Shown piece by piece: positions 1 through 11,563 of a stretch of 64,000 bases of DNA (positions within the stretch are counted from its first letter, which is position 1; each line of letters begins with the position of its first letter). The DNA comes from Mobula hypostoma. Lineage: Eukaryota. The stretch is from positions 30,320,001 through 30,384,000 of the forward strand of contig NC_086108.1 in NCBI RefSeq assembly GCF_963921235.1, in the 5' to 3' direction. The translations under genes were made by a program, and so were the position numbers. Under the pieces are notes generated by a model. The model had not been told where the DNA came from and ran no database searches. It saw only the letters and a program-made list of their open reading frames with translations.

Positions 1-2112
1 AGTATTATTGGTATAACTCGTGGTTTAAAGTCTCATAAAGTATCACTTTATGCTGATGACTTACTTTTATATATTTCTAATCCTCAAAAATCTATTCCTG
101 CAGCTTTAGATTTATTAGTACAATTTAGTCTTTTTTCAGGTTATAAGTTAAATCTCAGTAAGAGTGAACTTTTCCCGATTAATAAGCAAGTTCCCTTATA
201 TCAGAACCTCCCGTTTAAATTGGTTAATCATCATTTTTCATATCTTGGGATTAAAATTACCTGTAAACATAAGGATTTATTTAAGACTAATTTCCTACCC
301 TTAATTGATCACATTACACAACTTTCATTTAAATGGTCTCCACTTTATTTAACTTTGATTGGTCATATTAATGCTGTTAAGATGTTTATTCTGCCAAAAT
401 TTTTATATATATTTCAGTCATTACCGATTTTTGTTCCAAAATCCTTTTTTGACAAAGTTGACTCTAAAATTTCTTCATTTATTTCAAAAACCCCAGACTG
501 GGTAGAATACATCTACAGAAAGCTAAGAGGGATGGAGGTTTGGCATTACCTAATTTTAGATTCTATTATTGGGCAATTAATATTCGACACATGAAATTTT
601 GGTTACTTGACCAAGATACACTATCCGTTCCTAAATGGGTAGTATTGGAATTACAATCTGCTCAAGGTTATGCACTTGGCTCCATTTTAGGTTCTTCTCT
701 TCCTTTCGATTTGAAACACCTTAAACAGGTTTGTAACACAATAGTTAAACATGCCTTACGCATTTGGTTTCAATTCCGAAAATTTTTCGAACTTAATCAA
801 TTTGGGCTAGCGATTCCTATTTTAGGCAACATATTCTTTCCCCCCTCTCCTACGGACTGTGCCTTTCAAATTTGGAAGACCAATGGTATATCACGGTTTT
901 TGGATTTATTTTTAGATGACTCCCTTATGTCTTTTGAACAATTATTTAACAAATATAACTTACCAAGAATATATTTTTTTAGATATCTCCAAGTTAGAAA
1001 TTTCCTATATACCATACTTTCTTCCTTTCCGGCGTTTCCCCCTACATATATTTTAGATACTATAATTAACCTTAACCCATGTCAGAAAGGTGTAACGGCT
1101 ATTATTTATAATCCTATCATGAAACTTAGGAAAGCTCCATTCGATAAGATTAGGTCAGATTGGGAAAAGGAATTGGGCTTCACTATTTTGGCGGATGACT
1201 GGGTGCATATTTTACAACTAGTCAATACTTCCTCTATCTGTTCCAAACATTCTCTAATTCAATTTAAAGTTGTTCATAGAGCACATATGTCTAAAGATAA
1301 ATTAGCTCGTTTCTATTCTCATATTAACCCTCTTTGTGACAGATGTCATGGGGAGATAGCTTCCTTAACTCATATGTTTTGGTCCTGTCCTACTTTGGAA
1401 ACTTTTTGGAAAGACATTTTTAATATTATCTCAAAGGTATTGAATACAGATATTTCTCCCCATCCTATTACTGCTATCTTTGGATTACCTAAAATTTCCA
1501 GTAATCTTTCCCCTTCAGCCCGTAGAATGATTGCATTTCTTACTTTAATGGCGAAAAGATGTACCTTACAACATTGGAAGGAGATTAATGCCCCAGCCAC
1601 ATTTTTTTTGGTTTTCTCAGGCGATACTTTGTTTAAATTTGGAAAAACTCAGAAGTAATCTTTATGACACTTCAGTTAAATTTGAACAGACCTGGGGATC
1701 TTTTATTCAACACTTTCATTTAATGTAACTTTTTTTTTCTCTTTGCCCATATTTATATTCCCTTCTTGCTTTTTAATTGTTTTTAATGGAGGTCGGGTTT
1801 GAGGACGTGATTGTTTTAAGTTGTTTAAGTCTAGTTAGCCCATTGCTTTGCTTTGCTTTTTAGATTAGTTGCACGGTGGGTTTTTTTTGGGGTCTTTTTT
1901 TTGGGTTTTTTCTTCTCTTTATTGATATCTGGAAAATTAGTATACTATTATATTACCTTGTTATTTTATAACTAAGCTGCACTGTTTGTACTACTTTTTT
2001 TGGTGTATTAATATCTCTTGTAAATTTATATCGCAATAGTACATTAGTTTCTACATGGTTTACCTTTTGTGTACTAATTCAATAAAAAGATTTAAAAAGA
2101 AAGAAAAAAAAA
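1..2112 (+). mobile_element. L1/Tx1-clade LINE, 3' part (frameshifted ORF2 RT C-terminus, CCHC zinc finger, 3' UTR, A-rich tail)
   Basis: SLYADD at window start; ORFs 220-594 and 540-1658 with LALPNFRFYYWA and CDRCHGEIASLTHMFWSC; T-rich 3' UTR; AATAAA 2081-2086; A-rich tail to 2112. Confidence 0.9.
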
Positions 2113-2967
2113 TTGTGAATTTGTGATCTTTCAACAAGTCACTTTGGGAACTCTTATTGTTGTGTATGGCTTTGGCAAATAACTTTGATGTAAATAATAT
2201 CTTTCATGATCAAAGGGAACTCAGTAAAGAGCAGAGTGGAGCAGATAAAATGACCAGGGCCCATTTTCCTTCGACAAAAATGTCCACTTGACTTGGCATG
2301 TACAAGTTATTTTTATTATTTGAGAATGTTTTAGAATGCTCCACTCTGAGAAGTGTCAAGCATAAATCCTGCTCAGCAGTTTTAACATACCATGTTATTT
2401 GTAGCCAAAGTAATTTCACTTTGCAAAGTAACAACAGTAAAGCTATCTCATTTGTGATTCCACTGAAAGCTGGTGTTAAAAAGCTTGTAATCTCAAATAG
2501 TGTTGATGGCCAAGCTATAGTTATTAGGGTTTTGATGGTTAGTTCAAGAAATTAGTGGACTACTTATATTTCTGATCACCAGCCCTAAACTTCAAAGATC
2601 TAGTCCTTAGCAGTTTGCAAATCTCCTGGTTCATCCCTGGCTTCTGGTTGGGGAAGTTTCTGAATGTTTTTATGGGGATACACTCATCTATGCATGTCCT
2701 TATGAAGTCAGTGATAACTATGGCATATTAATTTAGGTTCATTGATAAATCCTTTAACATGTTGCGGTCCACCGACTAGAATTTGCTTCTCTACTTTTGA
2801 TGTCCAGCTCTTCATGGTGATCTTCTCCAGTGTCATGTTCTTCAATCTCTGTCTGTTCACAGGCAGAAGAAGAAAGCTAGACAGTCAGGTGGGAAATGGA
2901 GCAGTAGAAGTGGTGGAGTGTGTTGAGCCCTCTAGAAATGCAGGTGATGTGTTGATAGTTAGCTAGG

Positions 2968-3326
2968 ATGCTGGGTGTCCAGGATGCTGTCCAAGTTGCA
3001 TTTCATCTTGGACAGTGTCTCCCATCAACTACATGATGTACTGGTTGGGCACAGGAGTACATTCAGCCAGAGACTCATTCCACTGAGATGCAACACAGAG
3101 CGTCATAGGAAGTCATTCCTGCCTGTGGCCATCAAACTTTACAACTCCTCCCTTGGAGGGTCAGACACCCTGAGCCAATAGGCTGGTCCTGGACTTATTT
3201 CCTGGCATAATTTACATATTACTATATAACTATTTATGGTTTTATTACTATTTATTATTTATGGTGCAACTGTAACGAAAACCAATTTCTCCCGGGATCA
3301 ATAAAGTATGACTATGGCTACTATGA
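2968..3326 (+). mobile_element. Rex1/Babar LINE 3' fragment
   Basis: ORF 2975-3181 ending RCNTERHRKSFLPVAIKLYN; 3' end GGGATCAATAAAGTA followed by a short GACTAT-like repeat tail. Confidence 0.75.
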
Positions 3327-5079
3327 GACTTTTTCAAGCTAACGATTAAAGTCTCCTGCCACAATGTGAGTCAGCAGGGTACACTGATCCATTTTTGTTG
3401 ATCACAACACGTCATTTCTCAAGTGCTAGCTTGATATCTGCCTGAGGTGGGATGTAAACTGCAGTCAGGATAATGGTGCAGAGCACCCATGGAAGGATTA
3501 TCATAAAGCAGACACCTGCGGGATACAAGTTTCACTTGTAAAGTCAGCATTTATTCTCATTCCCCTGCCCCAGCGTTTTTTTTTAATCAACATAAGTAGT
3601 CCCTCTGAAGGTTTTTCCACAATGCTGACCATGAAAATGTAGTAATTTATTTCCAAGTCAGGATGGTGGAAAGAAGCTTGCAGTTTGTTGAAAACTGCCT
3701 TTATCTCTTTTGGTAGTAGGGTTTTTCGGTGCAAGATGCCGTGGAGAGTTACTGCACTACATTTCAGAGATGATAGGCATTGTAGTTGCTCTGTTAGCAG
3801 TATAGAAAGTTAACTTTTAAGGTGGTGGGTGGGTGCCAACCAAGCAGGCTGCCTTGTCATGGATGTAATCAAACCTCTTGAATGCGGTTGGAGTTGAACT
3901 CATTCAGGCTAGTGCTGAATATTCCATCACATTTGTAATATGTTTTCAAGATGATAAAAACTCTGTCTAAATCACCACAGATTATTAATTCTCTGACATA
4001 CCATATTTGTTTGTGTATGCCAAAACTATTTTGACAGTGCTTCTCAGTTCCATGTTCCCAGTTCTTTGCAAGTCTAAATCCTGGAATTCCCTAACGCAAC
4101 AAAGGTTTGAGAGCAGCCTTACTAGAAAGATGCAGTGTTTCAAAGTTCAAAGTAAATTTATTATCAAAGTAGATACGTGTCACCATATATTACTTTGAGA
4201 TTCATTTTCTTGCAGGCCTTCACAGTAGAACAAAGAAATACAATACAGTGAATGAAAAACTACACACAAAGACTGGCAAGCAATCAGTCTCTATGTGTGG
4301 TAGTCAACAGGATAGTATACAACAACACCACCACTTTGGGTAATTAGGGATGAACAAAGAGTGCAAACGTTGCCAACTGTACTCAAAAAAAAAATAAGAT
4401 TGAATGTCAGCAGTTCCCAGACAGATGTAGATGTGAGGAAGTGAATAGACTAGGAGGGGTAAGTCTACCTGGAGTGAGATGATGTGCTGGAGTAGCTTTG
4501 AGGAAACAAGATTCAGCATATTTTTGTGTTACATCATGATGCATTTTAGTTTGCTACTGTGCACAGCTTTTCTGTTATGACTGCGTCTTAAAAACCTTTA
4601 AGCATTGAATTCACATACCTGTTGGTTACTCGCTCCTTAGCTACACTTTATTTCACTGGCAAGTCTTTTCTCATTATTGAAGGGCATGTTTGTGCATGTT
4701 TCAGCAGAATTTAAAGTAAATACATAGATTTCATTCTTTCAATTTATGTTTTGCTGCCACCTTCAAAGTTAATCAGACTTAGCTTGCAGTAGGCTTTAAA
4801 ACATCGAGATTGTAATTGACATGAGTTATTTGATTTAATTGTTCAGAACATGTGAGTAATATGGATTCACTGGAAAGAGTGAAAGACCACTGACAGGTAT
4901 TCCTTGGCTTTTGGTGTGGTACTTAATTAAACCTTCACCTCTACTCTACTTCCACCTTCTACTTCCTTTCTTCCTCTTCTCAGAACATCAGGAACTTAAA
5001 CTAGTGATCGATGTAATCTGGTTTCCAGATCTTCAGTGGATTATACCTACGCTTTGCTTACTCTTGCTGCTATGACACT

Positions 5080-5390
5080 CCACTATAGTAGAATGATTGA
5101 AGCAGTACTTTTGAAAAGGTTGAGCAAATTGGGTTTATTTAATCTATAGTTTAAAAGTGCAAGAGATAATCTCATTGAAACATTAGATTTTGAATGAGAT
5201 TGAAAGGTTAGCTGCTGGGATGTTGTTTCCTTTAGCTGATGAATCTGGAAGCAGATGGCGTAGATTCGGGCTAAGAGGTCTTACATTTAGCATTGAGAAT
5301 AGGAAGAATTGGGAACCTCTGCTCTGAGGGAATTGATCAATGGGATGAGGCAAGAAGATGTTGAAACTTTTGAGTGATAGAGCAGACATG
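5080..5390 (+). mobile_element. Old, degraded CR1 3' fragment
   Basis: Decayed match to the RLxxLGLxSL...RGDLIE..KI block seen in the younger CR1 copies in this window. Confidence 0.55.
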
Positions 5391-6092
5391 CTAGGACTTG
5401 CTTCTGCTTTTCTTTTTATTTTCAAAACTCTACTTTGAATGTACATGTTCTCCAGTCTTTTGTTCATTTTTAATATGCAGCAATTGTGTGGCACTGATTT
5501 TGTCACACCAACAGTGTGCTACGATGTGATTCTGCATTAAAGAGGACTTAAAACTGTAGGTAGACTGCTGCTGTGGTCAACATAACTAATCAAGTGGCAT
5601 AACTGAGTTTGGCCATGTGAAGTAATAGTTCCAATAATTTTACTGAGTAACCTACAGACTTATGATATATTTGTTGATATATCTAAGCCAGTTTAAAGGC
5701 AAAATCAAGTTAACTGTTACACCTTTGTATTGTTGTATGCGTGGTTTCTCACAGTAGGATGTTTACTCTGATGTCTTTTTTATGAACGTTTTGTGCACTG
5801 TGGTAGTGTTTGCAATCATGTTTGTTCTTTTTATTCTGTAACTTAACATTTTAATCTAATTTAAAGTGATGATTGTTTAATTAATGCTTATTTGAATTTT
5901 CTGCAGTATATTTTGAAACTCATTAAGAAGCAATCCTAAAATTAGCAATGGATGTTTTAATATTCCAGCTTTTTATTTTGGTTCATAATCTGCTTGTTAA
6001 TTTGTGAAGATGAGCTTGCATTCTAGAGAAGAATGGAAATGTTTTTGTCCAGAGGAATATGGATTTTCTTTATTTTTTTCCTTCTGACCTAG

Positions 6093-6255
6093 CCCCCCTC
6101 CTGGTATGCCGCAAATTGCTGGACAGAGCTCAGGTCCTCACATCTCATCAGATGATGTGGAGCAGCAGGCAGCCCTTCTTTTGGCCTGTTCTGGTGAAGA
6201 TATGCTAGCTACTCTTCCACCTGTGAACATGTATGACCTTCTTGAAGCCCTCCAG
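6093..6255 (+). CDS. TADA1: Transcriptional adaptor 1 (SAGA subunit), penultimate coding exon
   Basis: Polypyrimidine tract and AG at 6091-6092, GT donor at 6256; 1 nt + 54 codons: [54 protein letters not shown], matching the recalled vertebrate TADA1 motif [15 protein letters not shown]...[14 protein letters not shown]; phase-0 join to the exon at 51914. Confidence 0.95.
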
Positions 6256-8569
6256 GTAAATTGTATTGTGTAAGCATTGCCCTAGTTTTGTGGAATTAGT
6301 TTTATTATTAAATAGGTGAGTAAATAGCCTACCATGAGAAAACTGCAGAGTGATAAAGATTTAAGTAAATTTGCTAATTCCTTCACATCTAATTTCTTGG
6401 CTGTGTTTGACCATAATGTAGAACTTTTATGTCTATTTGAACCCAAATTTAATCATTATCACTCATAGAGTCATAGAAGAATACAGCACAGAATGAGGTC
6501 CTTCAGCTCAACAATTCCATGCTAACCACATTGTCCACCTAGGTAGTCCCAATTTCCTACATTCAACCCATATGCCTTTAAGCCCAACATTCTCATGTAT
6601 CTCCCTGAGTGCTTCTTAAATGATACTATTGTACCTGCCTGAACCAAAACCTTGGATATTCAGGCACCATTTCAAGAGATTACAATTTTCAGAAGGGATA
6701 TCTATTTCCTGTATTTCATATTTCACAAAATGTTATTATATTTCTGTTTACTTTCATGGCAAAGGTAAGTATTGCAGCAGTTCAGATTGTTACATACTGA
6801 TTGTGTCATGCAGGTGTTAGTATTGAAACTGCATGGAAAAGTACGTGCACTGTTCTTAAAGTCAACCATTATTTTGTTGCTACCTTTTCCACCACCTTGA
6901 ACATTCACTCCGCTCACCAGCAGTGTATAGTTGCTGTAGTGTGTACAATCTACAAAATATACTGAAGTTATACACGCAGATTATTCTTAACAGCACCTCC
7001 TTCTGCTAGTTCCTTTGTATCTCTCCCACATACAGATTGGAATTCCATTATGCATTTCCTCATACTTTGTGATTGTTCACAATTTATGGCTTGGAGCTAG
7101 CCATGCCCAGACTACACCCTATATAAACCAACTTCCTGTTGGTTGTGCTTATATTTCCACAACTATCCTGATGTTACCTTGCACCGTGCACAAACAAGAA
7201 TTATGTGTGCCCACATTGGCCTAGGAATTATCCAAGTCTCTTCAGTAAAATGGAGAAAGCTTTACTGAACATTTTATTTTGCTTCTGTAATGTTAAGAAT
7301 TGGACCAGTACAACAATCCTAATTCCCCCTTTTCATCCTAATTGCATCTTAATAATTTTTCTTTAGCCTTCTTAACTTGAGAAAATAAATGTCAGCCTGG
7401 TTATTCATCTTATTGAGAAAGTAAGCTAGGCCTCTTCCCATTATCAAAGTTGCATCCCTTTTGGCAAGCCGTATGCCATCCCTGACTGTCTTTTCCCACT
7501 TATAGACTTGACAACCCAATCTCTCAATCTTTTTCCATCCATCCTCTGCCATCGCCCTCACATCTAGCCCGCGAATGTCATTGCAGAATGGTGTGAAATA
7601 CAAATATGCATTCAACATTGATTTCTTGTTTCACTTGTTATATTCACAACTTAAATTGAACTAATTTTTTCGGATAAGGGGATCCTGAATTCAGTGTCTG
7701 GTCTAAACTCTATTATCTGTCCCCTCCTCTGTAGTGAATATAGGGGTTTCACACGCAAAATTAGAAAATGCTGAAAGTAACCAGCAGCTCAGGGAGCCTT
7801 TGTGGACAGAGACATAGAGTTAACTTTTCAAGTGGGTGATCAGTCGCAGTGAAGGATGGTGAGAACAAAAGAGACGACAAGGAAGTGAGTGACACAAATG
7901 GTGCTGAGTGGGAAGAGATAATCAAGTTTTGTTAATGGTAACTGTTCTCTCTGCCGAAGATTTGAGTAAAACATTTAAATAGAAGGAGAGGTAAAGAAAA
8001 CCATGTTGTAATCTAGAGAAAACAAATTACTGCAATTTACAGAACTCTGAAATAAAAGATGAAGCTGAAAATATTCAACAGGTCACACAGCCTCTTCATG
8101 GAGAGAAAGAGAGATCTTTAATGCTACAGATGAGAAGTAATTAGTGTCAGAAGTAAGGGAGAATATGACTGCTTCAGGTCCAGAGAAGCAGTGAATACAG
8201 CCAGAGAAAAATACATATCCTGCTAATTTCATTGCAATTAAACATATGTTCTTATCCTGCTCTATTCACAGCTCCTCTGGACCTTAGGTTCTGCAGTCAG
8301 CATTCTCCCTTACTTCCGACACTATCTTTCTATTATCTTTTTTTTGTATTTTAATCTTTTGCAGGATTGTGGGCAATACGGGGAAAAACATCATTTAATG
8401 TGCATGGTAATTGCTCACGAAAGTGATGAGCTCCCCTCCTAAACCGTGTTGGCGGGTTAGGCAGTGGTCTTTTTAAGCACCTGCTGCTCTTGAGAAACCT
8501 GGGTGGACACATTGTGGCCTTCAGAGTTGCTGTAGAAAAGGTCATGGTCAATTGAAACTGCATTTTTTT

Positions 8570-9123
8570 GAGGCCGAATCTGGAGTATTGTGTTTAGTTT
8601 TGGTCACCAAATTACAGGAAGGATATAAATAAGGTTGAAAGAGTGCAGAGAAGGTTTACAAGGATGTTGCTGGGACTTGAGAAACTCAGTTACAGAGAAC
8701 GGTTGAATAGGTTGGGACTTTATTCCCTGGAGCGTAGGAGAATGAGGGGAGATTTGATAGAGGTATATAAAATTATGATGGGTATAGATAGAGTGAATGC
8801 AAGCAGGCTTTTTCCACTGAGGCAAGGGGAGAAAAAAACCAGAGGACATGGGTTTAGGGTGAGGGGGGAAAAGTTTAAATGGAACATTAGGGGGGGCTTC
8901 TTCACACAGAGAGTGGTGGGAGTATGGAATGAGGTGCCAGACGAGGTGGTAAATGCGGGTTCTTTTTTAACATTTAAGAATAAATTGGACAGATACATGG
9001 ATGGGAGGTGTATGGAGGGATATGGTCCGTGTGCAGGTAAGTGGGACTAGGCAGAAAATGGTTCGGCACAGCCAAGAAGGGCCAAAAGGCCTGTTTCTGT
9101 GCTCTAGTTTCTATGGTTTCTAT
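8570..9123 (+). mobile_element. CR1 LINE, 5'-truncated
   Basis: ORF 8643-9050 QRRFTRML...RGDLIEVYKI...FFTQRVV; tail TTTCTATGGTTTCTAT. Confidence 0.9.
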
Positions 9124-9944
9124 TGCAACTAATTTACAAAGATGGAGGAGGTAAAACTTGATTGAGTATAAATCAGTTATTTTAAATATCATTGGTAGAT
9201 GATTAAACTTGTAATTGTGAAGTACAAGTACAGTAGTTTCTGGTTAATTGGGCCATTGGTTAATCAGAGCAGCTGCTGACTTAGGACAATGCTTAAAAGA
9301 ACAAAAACTAATCAAGAAAATAGCTGGGATTCCCTCCGTTTATTTGGGACACTATGCTGCTTAATTGGGACAGGAGATGTGTGGCTATTAGGCACCACAC
9401 CGTACTTAGGAGTGATCAGTTCTTAAGTAGTATCAATTACGTGTGTTTGCATTCAAAAAGCAGTGATTTTTTTTGTCACTGATGGTTGGCAAGAAATAAG
9501 CAGTAAGACAATTCAGAACTGTTTTACTTGCTGCGGTTTCAATCATTCAGGCTTGGAGAAGTCAGAAACAGCCGGGAGTGAAAATGAAACAATTTCACTA
9601 CTTCAGCAAGTTAGTGTAATGCTCAGCTACATTGGCTCGTATTTATCTGGGGGAAACCCCGTCCGCCACCCACCTTGTCTCCGGGTTACGTCAGCTGCTG
9701 TACAAATGCCACCTGATTCAGCTTCAAACATCAATCATCAGCCAGCACACAATGTACGTTTTACCAATTACACTTTATAGATATTACTAAGTCTATGAGA
9801 TTAATAGAGGTACAATACAAAGAAGGAATGGAAAAGGCGCCAGACTTATCAAAGTTCAATTTCTTCTTGCACACGTTGGAACTCGGGACCTCCTTTCTTC
9901 CCTCTGCGATCCACTCTGATCCCTTCGACTGGCAGCCCGGGACC

Positions 9945-10325
9945 ATCCGCAGTGATTGACCAGAGCACTCCCCGCACATCCATCATCCTCACGGTCTCTC
10001 CTGTCGTCCTCACGGTCTCTCCTCCAACTCCCCACCTGAAGTGATCGAGCAGAGCACTCCCCGCACGTCCATCATCCTCACGGTCTCTCCTTCAACTCCC
10101 CACCAAAACCCCCTGGTTCCCAGTCGTATGATCGTCCGCACGGTCTCTCCTCCAACTCCCCACCGGAAGTGATTGACCAGAGCACTCCCCGTACGTCCAT
10201 CGTCCTCACGGTTTCTCCTCCAACTCCCCACCCGAAGTGATCGAGCAGAGCACTCCCCGTACGTCCGTCGTCCTCATGGTCTCTCCTCCAACTCCCCGCA
10301 AAAACCCCCTGGTTCCCAGCCATAT
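9945..10325. repeat. ~60-bp modular tandem repeat inside the 3' LTR (counterpart at about 15808-16250 in the 5' LTR)
   Basis: Repeated GAAGTGATTGACCAGAGCACTCCCCGCACGTCCATCGTCCTCACGGTCTCTCCTCCAACTCCCCACC, interleaved with AAAACCCCCTGGTTCCCAG modules. Confidence 0.9.
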
Positions 10326-10959
10326 GAGACAGCATATCACCCCAAGAAAGAATAACATGGACACCCATTGGTTCATTTACTCTGTTATCTATAATATAAC
10401 CCAAGCAAACTGCTAGCTAGAGACTTTCTCAGCATTTAACATAACAAAGAAGCCACTTTAATTAATATGTGCAATAACATAAAAGATTAACAAAACAAAA
10501 GAAGCCATTTTGACTAACATACGCAGTAACATAAAAGAAGAAACCCTTTACACTCTCCCCCCACCAAATAAAAGTCATGCCTTCATGACATTAACGGAGT
10601 TCACCATTGCTCCTTGCAAAACACAAAACCCAACCCAGGTGCATAAAGCAGTGACATAACTTTGCAGGGCAGTAGAGATCACACCCTGTTCTCCTGGCAC
10701 TGTATAGGTCAACCTCTCCAGGGGGTGCCTACTTTTCTGAGACCTCTGTACCTCCTCTGCTGACTCTGCTGGCTCAGACACCCCAGGTGACACACCGGGC
10801 CTACCAGTCGGACCCTCACCCTCTCCCTCACCTGTGAGCCCTCCGCCTCGGGTTCTGGTTCCACCCTCTCTTCCCCCACTGCCGGCTGCATTTCAGACTG
10901 CTTCTCAACACCCTCCCTCCTCTCACCTAACTCAGTGAGAGAAAGACCAGGAGCCTCTT

Positions 10960-11563
10960 AGAGTATTAGATTATGAGGACACATAGTCCTCTTTTATTAT
11001 CATTTAGTAATGCATCCATTAAGAAATTACACAATATTCCTCCGGTGTGATATCACAGAAACACAGGACAGGCCAAGACTGAAAAACTTACAAAAACCAC
11101 ATAATTATAACATATAGTCACAACAGTGCAACAATACCATAACTTGATGAAGAACAGGCCATGAGCACAGTAAAAAAGTTCAAAGTCTCTCGAAAGTCCC
11201 ACATCTCACGCATACGGGAGAAGGAAGAAAACTCTCCCTGCCATGCCCGACCACGGTCTGACTCTGAGTTGTCCGTAAACTTCGAGCTCCGATCAGCCCT
11301 CCGACACCGAGTACCGAGCACCATCTCTGCCAAACACTTTGACCCCAGCCCCGGCCGCCAGCAGCAGGAAAAGCTGAGGATTTGGGGCCTTTCCTCCAGA
11401 GATTCTCGATCGCACAGTAGCAGCGGCAGCGAACCAGGCATTTCAGAAATTTCTCCGGATGTTCCTCTGTGCCTTCTCACATCTGTCTCCATCAAATCAA
11501 AATTGTGCACGGCATCCTACTTACAACTACGATATCTACGTTGCGCTGCCATCTTCTCCTCCC
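10960..11563 (-). mobile_element. Short non-autonomous retroposon (family A, copy 1) inserted in the Gypsy integrase tail
   Basis: Perfect 7-bp TSD GCCTCTT at 10953-10959 and 11564-11570; colinear with 43284-43970; 3' hairpin GAGGAC-N5-GTCCTC and TCTAA-like tail. Confidence 0.85.

Noticed and set aside
2863..2888. Exon-like segment (CACAG|GCAGAAGA...CAG|GTGGGA) encoding GRRRKLDSQ
   Set aside because: Does not match the TADA1 sequence expected upstream, and lies in a decayed LINE fragment
8271..8288. Possible micro-exon after TATTCACAG
   Set aside because: Weak donor (GTTCTG), and the TADA1 frame is already contiguous without it
4500..8500. Intronic snoRNA or miRNA near the TADA1 exon
   Set aside because: Found no paired C/D boxes with a terminal stem and no convincing hairpin by eye; an Infernal/Rfam scan would be needed to exclude one
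9945..10325. CRISPR-like regularly spaced repeats
   Set aside because: No unique spacers and no cas genes; it is an LTR minisatellite in vertebrate DNA
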